Origin: an uncultured Dehalococcoidales bacterium
Lineage (GTDB): Bacteria > Chloroflexota > Dehalococcoidia > GIF9 > AB-539-J10
DNA: 64,000 bases
Assembly: GCA_964586515.1 (NCBI GenBank)
Contig: CAZPGJ010000004.1
Coordinates: 85,701-149,700 of the forward strand
Direction of reading: 5' to 3'
Shown piece by piece: positions 47,743 to 56,635 of this stretch. The notes beneath the pieces were generated by a model that worked only from the letters and a program-made list of their open reading frames with translations, made no database searches and had not been told where the DNA came from. How positions within the stretch are numbered: position 1 is the stretch's first letter; each line of letters begins with the position of its first letter. A program made the translations under genes and the position numbers.

Positions 47743-49416
47743 ATGAGTTACTTAGGATATCCAGACTTCTTCGAGCCCTATATCAAGAAGGTAGAACAGA
47801 CCAGACCTGCCCATGTAGAGAAAAGGAGGAAGGGGGAGGAATTTCCCTTTATGTCCCTGGAAGCAAGGCAGGAGATGTTGAAATATCACCCTGATTATAA
47901 GGAGGAAGGGAGAAGAGAGATAAAGATTGGCCCAAGTAAGGGTTATAGAATAGCTCACGAGTTTGTGGACCTGTTGGAAGCTAAAAGCAGAGTTGACCCT
48001 GACGAAGTAGATCTATCGAAAGTTGATTACGAGACCGACGTTCTGGTTATTGGTGGTGGGGGTGCTGCCACTATAGCTGCCCTTATCGCTGAGGAAAATG
48101 GTGCCCAGGTTCTTATAGCCACAAAGCTTCGGCATGGTGATGCTAATACTATGATGGCTGAAGGTGGGATTCAGGCTGCCACAAAAGGAGAAAAAGATTC
48201 TCCTTATTATCATTACCTTGATGTGCTGGGAGGAGGACATTTCAAAAATGACCCTGACATTGTGGCTGCTTTTGTGAAGCAAGCTCCTGATGCCCTCCAG
48301 TGGCTGGAAAGCCTGGGAGTTATGTTCTCCAAGTTTCCCGATGGCAGGCTGGAGGCTATGCATGGTGGGGGAACTTGCCGAAAAAGGATGCACTACTGCG
48401 CCGACCTCAGCGGACTGGAAATCATGCGTACTGTGCGCGATGAAGCTCGTAACCGGGCTAATATCAAAGTTCTGGAATTTTCCCCGGCGGTGGAGCTTAT
48501 CCTCAATGAGCATGGGCAGTGTGCTGGAGCTTTACTCTATAATATAGAGACTGAGGAGTATCTTGTTGCCAAAGCCAAGTCGGTAATTTTAGCTACAGGT
48601 GGTGCCGGAAGGCTCCACGTTCAGGGTTTTATGACTACTAATCATTACGGTGCCACCGCTGATGGTATTGTTTTAGGCTATAGGGCAGGTGTGCCATTGG
48701 CTTTTATGCATACCGTTCAATACCACCCCACAGGCGTTGTTTTCCCGGAGCAAATAGAGGGATGGCTCATTACCGAGAGGTTCCGGTCAGAGGGAGCGGA
48801 CATTTTGAATGTCTACGGGGAGAAATTTGTCAATGAGCGTGAGCCCAGGGATGTAGAGTCATCCCGGTTTATCAAGGAATGCCTGGATGGTAAAGGTGTT
48901 CCCACTCCTACTGGGAAAGTAGGAGTTTGGCTCGATTCTCCCATGCTTGATATCCTCCATGGTGAAGGGAGGGTGCGAACTGCCTTTGTGGGAAAATGGA
49001 AGGTATACGACCGTTTAGGAATTGATATATCTAAAGCACCCATGCTGGTCTATCCCACACTTCATTATCAAAATGGGGGGCTTAAGGATAATGCCGAATG
49101 CGAAACTGTTGTGCCCGGGCTTTATGTTGCTGGGGAAGTAACTGGGGGGTTGCATGGAGAAAACAGGCTGATGGGCAACTCGCTCATGGATATTGTAGTA
49201 TTCGGCAGGATTGCCGGTAGAAATGCTGCTATATTCGCCAGGGAGAAGGCCAAAGAAGGGAAACTGACCCTGAAGCACGTAAAGGCATATCTCAAAGAGC
49301 TCAAAGGGGCCGGAATTGTGACTGATAGGGTAGCCCCGATGCTCCTTCCCGACTATACCACGCCCGAGGTAAAGGAAAAGCAGCTTACCGTAAGCTACCT
49401 GGGCACCTTGAGGTAG
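47743..49416 (+). CDS. succinate dehydrogenase/fumarate reductase flavoprotein subunit
   Basis: FAD-binding motif VLVIGGGGAA, His and Arg active-site region; start set at MSYLGYP after AGGAGG. Confidence 0.85.
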   Translation: MSYLGYPDFFEPYIKKVEQTRPAHVEKRRKGEEFPFMSLEARQEMLKYHPDYKEEGRREIKIGPSKGYRIAHEFVDLLEAKSRVDPDEVDLSKVDYETDVLVIGGGGAATIAALIAEENGAQVLIATKLRHGDANTMMAEGGIQAATKGEKDSPYYHYLDVLGGGHFKNDPDIVAAFVKQAPDALQWLESLGVMFSKFPDGRLEAMHGGGTCRKRMHYCADLSGLEIMRTVRDEARNRANIKVLEFSPAVELILNEHGQCAGALLYNIETEEYLVAKAKSVILATGGAGRLHVQGFMTTNHYGATADGIVLGYRAGVPLAFMHTVQYHPTGVVFPEQIEGWLITERFRSEGADILNVYGEKFVNEREPRDVESSRFIKECLDGKGVPTPTGKVGVWLDSPMLDILHGEGRVRTAFVGKWKVYDRLGIDISKAPMLVYPTLHYQNGGLKDNAECETVVPGLYVAGEVTGGLHGENRLMGNSLMDIVVFGRIAGRNAAIFAREKAKEGKLTLKHVKAYLKELKGAGIVTDRVAPMLLPDYTTPEVKEKQLTVSYLGTLR

Positions 49417-49439
49417 AAATCGGATTCAGAGCGTATACA

Positions 49440-49680
49440 GAGTTTCCCTCTTAAGGCATGTCCTGAGCGAAGTCGAAGGATCAGAGGGGTCAGGCCTGCC
49501 CGCTTGCCTTCGCTGAAGCTTCGGCGTAAGCAGGCCGAACAAGTTCTTTGGCAGGCGGGGGAGTTACGAACGAACAGAATGTCACCCCTTCGTGGCAGAT
49601 AGTCCCCCTCTTAAGCTAAGAGGGGCCAGGGAGTTATGAACGCGCAGAATGTCACCCCTGCGAAAGCAGGGGTCTAGCAA
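49440..49680. repeat. intergenic repeat block: two 31-bp direct repeats (GGGAGTTAYGAACGMRCAGAATGTCACCCCT) plus repeated TCCCTCTTAAG hairpins
   Basis: Copies at 49557-49589 and 49628-49659, about 90% identical, each followed by a GC hairpin. Confidence 0.7.
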
Positions 49681-49694
49681 GAGAGGTGAAAGCT

Positions 49695-50252
49695 ATGTCT
49701 AAAAAAGTTATGCTTCCTTTAACTGATGAGGTCTTGAAAGATCTCAAAGCCGGCGACAATCTTTTGCTCACCGGTGTCATCTATGTTGCCCGCGATGCCG
49801 CCCACAAGAGGATGGTCGAGGCTCTCGACCGGGGCAAGCCTCTGCCCTTCGACATCAAGGGAGCAACCGTTTACTACATGGGGCCCAGCCCGGCCCGCCC
49901 GGGCAGGGTAATCGGCTCGGCCGGTCCCACCACTAGTGGGAGGATGGATGCTTATGCGCCGCACTTAATGGCCGAGGGACTGAAGGGGATGATTGGCAAA
50001 GGCTTGCGGTCGAGTGCTGTTAAGGATGCCATGGTCAAGCACAAGGCAGTTTACCTGGGGGCAATAGGGGGCGCCGGCGCCATAATTTCCAGGAGCATCA
50101 AGAAGTCAGAGGTGGTAGCGTACGAGGAGCTTGGCGCCGAAGCCCTTCGCCGCCTGGAGGTGGCAGACTTCCCCGTCACGGTCGTAAACGACATCTACGG
50201 CGGCGACCTCTACGAAGAAGGCAAAGCTAAATACCAAGTCAAACCCACCTGA
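49695..50252 (+). CDS. class I fumarate hydratase / tartrate dehydratase beta subunit
   Basis: Fe-S hydro-lyase beta; GAGGTG RBS; VIYVARDAAHKRM, GPTTSGRMD. Confidence 0.8.
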   Translation: MSKKVMLPLTDEVLKDLKAGDNLLLTGVIYVARDAAHKRMVEALDRGKPLPFDIKGATVYYMGPSPARPGRVIGSAGPTTSGRMDAYAPHLMAEGLKGMIGKGLRSSAVKDAMVKHKAVYLGAIGGAGAIISRSIKKSEVVAYEELGAEALRRLEVADFPVTVVNDIYGGDLYEEGKAKYQVKPT

Positions 50253-50490
50253 ATCTGGCTTAAAATATTATACACTACTCTCTCACTAGGCGTAGGGTGG
50301 GGAGCGATATTACACTTCTCTCGATTTTATTTAACTCGCCACCTCCAACAAAACGTCAGAAAGTGTCTGACACGATCCCAGATGGGCTGCTCCATTATGC
50401 CACCGATAAAATCATTTGACCCATCTGCTTAACCCCATCCATTTGACTAGAACCTTGTTGTTTTTGGGTTGGTGTGAGAACAAAGACAAC

Positions 50491-50679
50491 TCAGGCCTCA
50501 CGGTCTTCCTTATCTTCCGCTTCAAGACTGTCCAAGAAATTGGTTAAGGCGATTTCCAGCGCTGATTGCATTGCTTTTGCATACGTTTCCTTAGAACTTC
50601 TGAATTTCGTGCAAACCAGATGGTAGAATCTTTCATACAGGTGTTGTGGTATGTCAATAGTAAGCGTCTTTGTCGTCAT
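50491..50679 (-). CDS. small ribbon-helix-helix-like protein (62 aa)
   Basis: Beta-strand/helix pattern KTLTIDIPQHLYERF; lies in a lower-GC islet. Confidence 0.3.
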   Translation of the reverse strand: MTTKTLTIDIPQHLYERFYHLVCTKFRSSKETYAKAMQSALEIALTNFLDSLEAEDKEDREA

Positions 50680-50739
50680 TATGTCACTTCCTGCATCGCT
50701 CTCTTCCCTATCTTTTCTAAATTTTCGTTTCGGTTGACA

Positions 50740-51402
50740 TCACATTCGTAACAAAAATTGCCCGAATGGAGTAGGCCTATGCCCAGCTGACATAGTGAGC
50801 CGAACATCGTCAAGCATCTGCACAACATAGCCCCGATATGTGCAGCTCTCCGTCGACAAGTGCAGACAAATATTGTTGCCGAGTGTACCAAGATTGCCAT
50901 TACTATATTCGGAGTTCAAATGCTCAATCGGTACTGCGAGACACCAGAAATCTAATAAGCTGTCTGGCTCTTTCTGGCACAGCAGCCATACAGAAGCACA
51001 TTGGTCGTTAGGTTTCAACACCCAATCCAAAGGTATTTGCAGCCACCAGACTGGAATACCGGGGTAAGATTCCCCTGCTCGAAAGTACTTCGAGGTACGC
51101 ACACATTTCTTATAGAAACTGAAGCCACGTTCGCGTACCTTATGCGTAGTAAGGAAATTCGATACACTTGAACTAGGGTTTGACAGTTCCCGACTGAACC
51201 ACTTCAATGCTGCTGGTCTAATGTTTCTCATTGTAGAATCTCCGTCCTTTGTCTTTGCACCGGGTTTGTTCTGCGCCTCAGATGATGGTGCATTGCTCAG
51301 CCCCAAAAGTCTCCGAAGTACGTCGTTTGGGCTATCAACGAAGGGACGAGCTCGTTGCCCAAGTAGATTCCACACCTCATCATCGATGCGTATTACCGGC
51401 AT
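50740..51402 (-). CDS. hypothetical protein with N-terminal RHH-like motif and Cys/His-rich C-terminal domain
   Basis: MPVIRIDDEVWNLLG...VLRRLLGL; no recognisable catalytic family. Confidence 0.4.
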   Translation of the reverse strand: MPVIRIDDEVWNLLGQRARPFVDSPNDVLRRLLGLSNAPSSEAQNKPGAKTKDGDSTMRNIRPAALKWFSRELSNPSSSVSNFLTTHKVRERGFSFYKKCVRTSKYFRAGESYPGIPVWWLQIPLDWVLKPNDQCASVWLLCQKEPDSLLDFWCLAVPIEHLNSEYSNGNLGTLGNNICLHLSTESCTYRGYVVQMLDDVRLTMSAGHRPTPFGQFLLRM

Positions 51403-51738
51403 AGGCTCCTCAGATTGAATTACTACTGTTCTACTGTAACTCCATCATACTACTGCACAATGGTTTTGTCAATACCCATATCTGAGCCTCAGACATTAGT
51501 TTGTACACTCCCAGCTACCACCTCATTTAGAGTCCGGATCTTCCTCGGTGCGCTGGCTTTCATCTAGGCATTTTCCACTGCACAATCAGATGAAATGTGT
51601 AGCGTCTCACATGAAGATAGGACGTGGCGAAAAGCTCAATCATTCTATATTGACTTGCTGGAGTAAGTAGTGAATAATGATAATAGGATTCATGAACATG
51701 GATTACTGGTTTAGTGAGAAAGGAGGCTAGAGAAGCAC

Positions 51739-51954
51739 ATGAAATTAGGTATTTCTATGCTAGTAATCGGTTTGCTCTTTGCTGGTTTTGGCATTTTCTT
51801 GTGGAATTTTGCTGGTTCAGCAGGGCCATTTACCCATAGCTGGTTCTCTACCTATGAGGCGGCGTCTATGGCGAAAGCAATAGGCATGGGAGTGACTATA
51901 TTTGGCGGTGGCTTGGCTATTGGTGGAATAGTCAGAATGATAGTGAAGAGGTAA
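51739..51954 (+). CDS. small two-TM membrane protein (71 aa)
   Basis: Two hydrophobic helices; GGAGG RBS. Confidence 0.4.
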   Translation: MKLGISMLVIGLLFAGFGIFLWNFAGSAGPFTHSWFSTYEAASMAKAIGMGVTIFGGGLAIGGIVRMIVKR

Positions 51955-52447
51955 GTTGACTAGCTCCTGAAGTGAACTAATACTTTAAGCCATTTTATAT
52001 ATGGTGTAAAACTCAGACTCAAAACCTGAGTTCTTTCAAACAAGTTGTGACTGTAGCTATCTCTTTCATAATCCATAATCTTAATGTCTTCATATTTTTG
52101 TTAACTATAGTAACCCTTTATTACGTATGGTGCTACCATCATGACTGCAATGCGTGTTTTGCTTGATTGGTGGATTGGTAGTTCACTTTAAACGAGTAGC
52201 ATTTTGGCTACCTATTTTGCCCCAAAGGTAATATAACGGCTTTTTGTTCAACACCGGACACACCAGCTCAGAGCGAGATAAATACCATTGCACCTTCTGG
52301 CGTTTTGTTCAAATGGTGAAGGTTTTCGTATTCCTGTGGCAACGTATTATCTACACGTGCTTGGATACTTTCTTTATTCACTCAATTCTTGCTCAATTGC
52401 CGAGTGTTGACCTCGGCAAATTTTGCTTGGCGTCTCAATAATTCTAG

Positions 52448-52545
52448 CTAGGGGAGAGCCTGATAGGTCTGCTGGAGGAGGAGAGCATCTTGCTCCAAAT
52501 AAGGCACACTCTCGCAAATGACTACTCCTCTTACCTTCAGTCTGC
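52448..52545 (-). pseudogene. duplicated 3'-terminal fragment of the Nfo-like gene at 53294-54142
   Basis: About 90 bp, about 85% identical to 53294-53385, encoding ...VVICESVPYLEQDALLLQQTYQALP. Confidence 0.65.
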
Positions 52546-52659
52546 TCAGCTTCGTCAAGGCTCCTGCCGGTGTCCTCGACCTCGACACAGATGACAGCGA
52601 CTTTTCAATAGCGTGTGTATAGTTCAAGATGGACCTCAGCCTGTGATTCATTACCAGTG

Positions 52660-52932
52660 CTACCGGCGATAGGTTGTCTCACTCCTGCGCGCAACTTGCA
52701 AAATCAATACCAGGTTATCGCTGTCATAAACATCATAAACCACCCGGTAATTGCCCACCCTGATGCGATAAGCCTTCTCTGCGCCTCTTATCTTCCTGAC
52801 TCCCTGGGGGCGAGGTTCCTCGGCTAAGCCCCTGACGGCATTCCGCAACCGCTCAAAGTCCTGCATTCGAATTCGGCTTTTGAGCCTTTCTAAGTCGCGG
52901 TCGGCAGCCGGTGAAATCTCAACTCTATACAC
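52660..52932 (-). CDS. RelE/ParE-family type II toxin
   Basis: 90 aa; YRIRVGNYRVVYDV...LILQVARR signature; 8-nt overlap with the upstream antitoxin. Confidence 0.8.
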   Translation of the reverse strand: MYRVEISPAADRDLERLKSRIRMQDFERLRNAVRGLAEEPRPQGVRKIRGAEKAYRIRVGNYRVVYDVYDSDNLVLILQVARRSETTYRR

Positions 52933-53200
52933 GCTTTGCCTTGGCGGTCCCCTCTCGACGGCTAATTGACTCCTCTAATTCATGTTCTGCTTCCGACCAC
53001 GGACGCCCGCCCTTCTCTTTCCATTCGGTACGGGCTGAATCAATTACGGGTAACAATTCGGCATCTTCACGGCTCTCCAGCCATTCCCGCACAGCATCAG
53101 CTACGATGTCACTTGCGGTTGTACGCCTTCTGACCGCCTCTATTTTCAGTTGTGTGTAGAGGTCTTCATCGTGAAATACTAAGGTTACTTTTCTTTTCAT
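52925..53200 (-). CDS. ribbon-helix-helix type II antitoxin
   Basis: 91 aa; KVTLVFHDEDLYTQLKIEAVRR; acidic C-terminus. Confidence 0.6.
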   Translation of the reverse strand: MKRKVTLVFHDEDLYTQLKIEAVRRRTTASDIVADAVREWLESREDAELLPVIDSARTEWKEKGGRPWSEAEHELEESISRREGTAKAKRV

Positions 53201-53293
53201 GTCACATACTCCTACTAATTGTACATACTTCCATCCATACGTATGGACATACTAACAATAACCCCGGGTAATGTCAAGACAAAGGTTGGCGTT

Positions 53294-54142
53294 CTAAGGG
53301 AGTTCCCGGTAGGTTTGCTGGAGGAGGAGAGCATCTTGTTCCAAATTAGGGACACTCTCGCTAATGACTACTCCCTTTGCCTTCCGTTTCTTCAGGGCTT
53401 TAAGTAGCTCCATATATTGAAAGTCTGAATCAGGGAGCATTAAGTGCTTGATTTCACCCTTCTTACCGTAAGCAATCCCGGAGAGATGGATGTGCATATT
53501 ATCTAAGGCTCGCCTGCCCAGTTTTCCTTCAATCTGGTCTAAGATATCGAGAAATTCTTGATAAGAGTTAGCTTTTCCTGTCCGGGCATGCCAATGAGAA
53601 AAATCAAGGCAAAAGGCAACTCCTTCTATCTCGCTGCTAAGCTGAAGCATTTCCTCTAAAGTACCAAATTGAGAGGGTTTTCCGGTAACTTCTGGGGAAA
53701 TCGTCACTTTATTTCCCTCTTTCCGCAAAATGTTCACCACCTCTTGCAGATGTTGTTTAACCACGGCGTAGGTCTCTGCGGGGGTGCTTTTGAGATAAAA
53801 GGCTGCGTGGAATGTGATACTTTTGGCGCCGAAAAGAGCAGCAATACGAGCAGTTTGCAGTATCCTTTCTTTGCTCATGTGTACTTTTTCCGGCTCAGCG
53901 GCATTTAGGTTTATAAAGTAGGGCCCGTGAGCAGTGAGCGTTACCTTCTTTCTTGCTGCTAATTCTCCCACAGAGGCAGCAACCTGAGGGCTCATCTTTA
54001 CCCCCTGGACGAATTCTACCTCCATGCAGCCGAGGCCGAGCTCAGCAATACGCTCAATACCAGCCTCTGTGGAACGGGATTTAGCACTAACAGGAACACC
54101 GCCTGTTCCGAAAAGTAGCTCGCCTGTTTCGTTTGACTTCAT
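53294..54142 (-). CDS. xylose isomerase-like TIM-barrel protein, AP endonuclease family 2 (Nfo)-like
   Basis: 282 aa; LTAHGPYFINL and metal-ligand His/Glu/Asp pattern. Confidence 0.5.
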   Translation of the reverse strand: MKSNETGELLFGTGGVPVSAKSRSTEAGIERIAELGLGCMEVEFVQGVKMSPQVAASVGELAARKKVTLTAHGPYFINLNAAEPEKVHMSKERILQTARIAALFGAKSITFHAAFYLKSTPAETYAVVKQHLQEVVNILRKEGNKVTISPEVTGKPSQFGTLEEMLQLSSEIEGVAFCLDFSHWHARTGKANSYQEFLDILDQIEGKLGRRALDNMHIHLSGIAYGKKGEIKHLMLPDSDFQYMELLKALKKRKAKGVVISESVPNLEQDALLLQQTYRELP

Positions 54143-54250
54143 AGTTTTCCTTTTAGTAGCTTATTATAACTAATCTAACTACAAACTTCAGAGGGCTTCG
54201 CAAAGTTTGGAGAATATGTGTAAAATAAACCATGTGAGGAGGCAAAGAAC

Positions 54251-54469
54251 ATGTTGGGTAATTATACTGCTAAGTATACGAAAATTAGCTCCGGTTACAT
54301 GGGACAGCTTGTGGAATGGCCAGAGGTGATAACCGAGGGAAGAACTCTAGAAGAGTGTCGGGAAATGCTCAAGGACGCCTTACACGAAATGATACTAGCC
54401 TATCGCCAGCAAAATAAAGAGGTTCCTGTCGGACAAGCTCTTCTAGAACAAATACCTGTCGAAATGTAA
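54251..54469 (+). CDS. hicB: HicB-like antitoxin
   Basis: 72 aa UPF0150-like; followed 2 bp later by hicA. Confidence 0.55.
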   Translation: MLGNYTAKYTKISSGYMGQLVEWPEVITEGRTLEECREMLKDALHEMILAYRQQNKEVPVGQALLEQIPVEM

Positions 54470-54470
54470 G

Positions 54471-54659
54471 GTGTCAGTAAAACGCCGGGACTTAATCAAG
54501 TATTTTGAGCAGAATGGTTTCTATTTGCTGCGCGAAGGTGCAAAACATCCTATATACACTAACAATCAAAAGATAATACCCATTAAAAGGCATCGGATGA
54601 TCGATAGAATAACAGCAAACGAATTATGCAAACAGGCCGGGCTAAAGCCCAAATTTTGA
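54471..54659 (+). CDS. hicA: HicA-family toxin
   Basis: 62 aa; RRDLIKYFEQNGFYLLREGAKHPIY resembles the HicA signature. Confidence 0.7.
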   Translation: MSVKRRDLIKYFEQNGFYLLREGAKHPIYTNNQKIIPIKRHRMIDRITANELCKQAGLKPKF

Positions 54660-54669
54660 CGAAAGAAGC

Positions 54670-55548
54670 TTAGCGTAGCGTCTCGTCTACGAGTTTTCTA
54701 TAGGCGGCTATCAATTTTCTGGTTAGCTCGCCTGGCTTGCCTGTGCCGATAGGCTTACCCTCAAACCAGGTTAAGGGCATAAGCTCCAGTATGGAATTGG
54801 TAACAAAGGCCTCTTCAGCTTCAATTAGCTCTTTTAACTCCACCTGTCTTTCCAGGGTTTTGATATTTGAAGCCCGAGCTATTTCCAGAACCACCTCTCT
54901 GGTAATTCCAGGCAGTACGCCACTTTCTAAAGAGGGCGTGATGAGCTCTCCATTACTCGCCAGGAAGATATTAGTCGTGCTGCCTTCAGCTAGATAACCT
55001 TGTTCGTTGAGCAAGATAGCTTCATCGCATCCAGCAACTCTGGCTGCCATTCGGGCGAGGATAATTTCCATATAGCAGGTAGACTTTAGTCGGGATAGTG
55101 GCGACTGGCTATTGCGGCGCAGGGAGGATAGCGCTGCTTTAAAACCTGATTCATATTTTTCGGGTGGTAAGGGAACAAGGTTTTGGGCAGTAATTAGGAC
55201 GGTATGGCTGTAGCATGTGCTTGGGTCAGGCGTCATGTCGCCTTCTCCGGCCGAAACGGTGAGCCTTAAGCGAGCGTCCTTGAGCTTATTAGCTTCTAGA
55301 GTTTCCATGCAGGCGGTTTCCAGAGATTGTTTCCCCTTCATTACGTTCAGGATGCTATGTGTCAGACCGAGGCTCTGGGCAGAATGGCGAAGGCGGGCGA
55401 GGTGACGGTCGAGGCGAAATATATGCCCGTTGTAGGCTCGCATGGTCTCGAATAGCCCGTATCCGTAGAGGAAGCCATGGTCGAAGGGAGATAGTTTAGC
55501 CTTGGAGCGGGGTATAAATTGGCCGTTGATATAAATGATTTCAGCCAT
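54670..55548 (-). CDS. pabC: class IV aminotransferase (aminodeoxychorismate lyase-like)
   Basis: FDHGFLYGYGLFET; downstream of pabA; start set at MAEIIYINGQF. Confidence 0.7.
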   Translation of the reverse strand: MAEIIYINGQFIPRSKAKLSPFDHGFLYGYGLFETMRAYNGHIFRLDRHLARLRHSAQSLGLTHSILNVMKGKQSLETACMETLEANKLKDARLRLTVSAGEGDMTPDPSTCYSHTVLITAQNLVPLPPEKYESGFKAALSSLRRNSQSPLSRLKSTCYMEIILARMAARVAGCDEAILLNEQGYLAEGSTTNIFLASNGELITPSLESGVLPGITREVVLEIARASNIKTLERQVELKELIEAEEAFVTNSILELMPLTWFEGKPIGTGKPGELTRKLIAAYRKLVDETLR

Positions 55549-55584
55549 GATTTCAACTCTGTTCGCTATTGAGAGGCATCTAGT

Positions 55585-55650
55585 GCCGAAGCAATCCCCA
55601 AGAATGCCCTGCCACCGAGATTGCTTCACTTCGTTCGCAATGACAGACGG
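55585..55650. repeat. inverted pair of GAAGCAATC / GAGATTGCTTCACTTCGTTCGCAATGAC repeat
   Basis: Same family as 7120, 44598 and 58640. Confidence 0.65.
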
Positions 55651-55698
55651 CGTCGGTAATAGTAGATGAGGGCTTACAATGGCGTCGCTTCATGTTAG

Positions 55699-56289
55699 TT
55701 AAATACTGCTTTCGTCCCAAACTGGCTGGGTAAAACCAAGGAAGTTAGCTAAAAGGTTGTGTCCTACTTCAGTGAGGATGGATTCGGGGTGAAATTGAAC
55801 CCCCTCCACGACATAATCTCGGTGTCTCACCCCCATTATTATCCCTTCGGGAGTTTTGGCAGTGACTTCGAGACAAGATGGAAACCCCTCAGCTTCGATA
55901 ATTAAGGAATGGTAACGTGTTGCTGGGAAGGGATTGGGTAAGCCCTGATAGATAGTTTTGCCATCATGATGGATAAGAGAAGTCTTGCCGTGGACTGGCA
56001 ATGTCCGACCGATTTTGCCCCCGTAGATGTAGCCAATGCATTGATGCCCCAAGCACACCCCCAGTATGGGGATTTTCCCACCAAAGTGCTGCACTGCCTC
56101 GTTAGAGATGCCTGCTTCTAAGGGTGTACAAGGCCCTGGCGAGATAATGATGTGGCTAGGGGCCAACTCTTCGATTTGAGCCAAAGTAATCTGGTCATTG
56201 CGATAGACCACTGGTTGCCAGCCCAGTTCCCCCAGGTATTGGGCAAGGTTGTAAACGAAGGAATCATAGTTGTCTATTATCAGTACCAT
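55699..56289 (-). CDS. pabA: glutamine amidotransferase component II of anthranilate/aminodeoxychorismate synthase
   Basis: GVCLGHQ catalytic Cys, 196 aa. Confidence 0.85.
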   Translation of the reverse strand: MVLIIDNYDSFVYNLAQYLGELGWQPVVYRNDQITLAQIEELAPSHIIISPGPCTPLEAGISNEAVQHFGGKIPILGVCLGHQCIGYIYGGKIGRTLPVHGKTSLIHHDGKTIYQGLPNPFPATRYHSLIIEAEGFPSCLEVTAKTPEGIIMGVRHRDYVVEGVQFHPESILTEVGHNLLANFLGFTQPVWDESSI

Positions 56290-56431
56290 TTTTAGCTTGC
56301 TGTCAGGATAGAATAGCCCTGCTTCTCCCAGTGTTGTTAATTTCCTAGTGCTAAATTATATCTCTACCTAGCTGTCATTGACAAATTTGTCTTTGGCGTT
56401 TATCCTATTCATCGTTGTATCCTTACAAGCA

Positions 56432-56466
56432 CCTGTCTGCTGTGTGGGCACAGACAGGCTTTTGAT
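56432..56466 (+). terminator. stem-loop (CCTGTCTG...CAGACAGG) followed by CTTTTGA within the long leuA leader; candidate attenuator/terminator
   Basis: 8-bp perfect stem with 11-nt loop, then a U-rich tract. Confidence 0.35.
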
Positions 56467-56635
56467 GCCGATATTATTTGCTGTAGCATAACTGAAAAGG
56501 GACACATTGGCTAGGACTTCAAAGACTATGTGATTCTTTATGCGTGGATTAGGAAAGGAGAAGCAGAATCAGAAATCAGGATAAAATCTGCCGAAGAAGC
56601 GACAGAGATTGCCCATTCTATTGAAGGAGAGAATC

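Noticed and set aside
49557-49659. Possible CRISPR array
   Set aside because: There are only two imperfect repeats. They are embedded in palindromic REP-like sequence, and no cas genes are in the window.
50253-50490. Sequence ...TTAACTCGCCACCTCCA considered as a possible tRNA 3' end or attachment site
   Set aside because: There is no acceptor or T-arm complementarity upstream, so it is probably coincidental.
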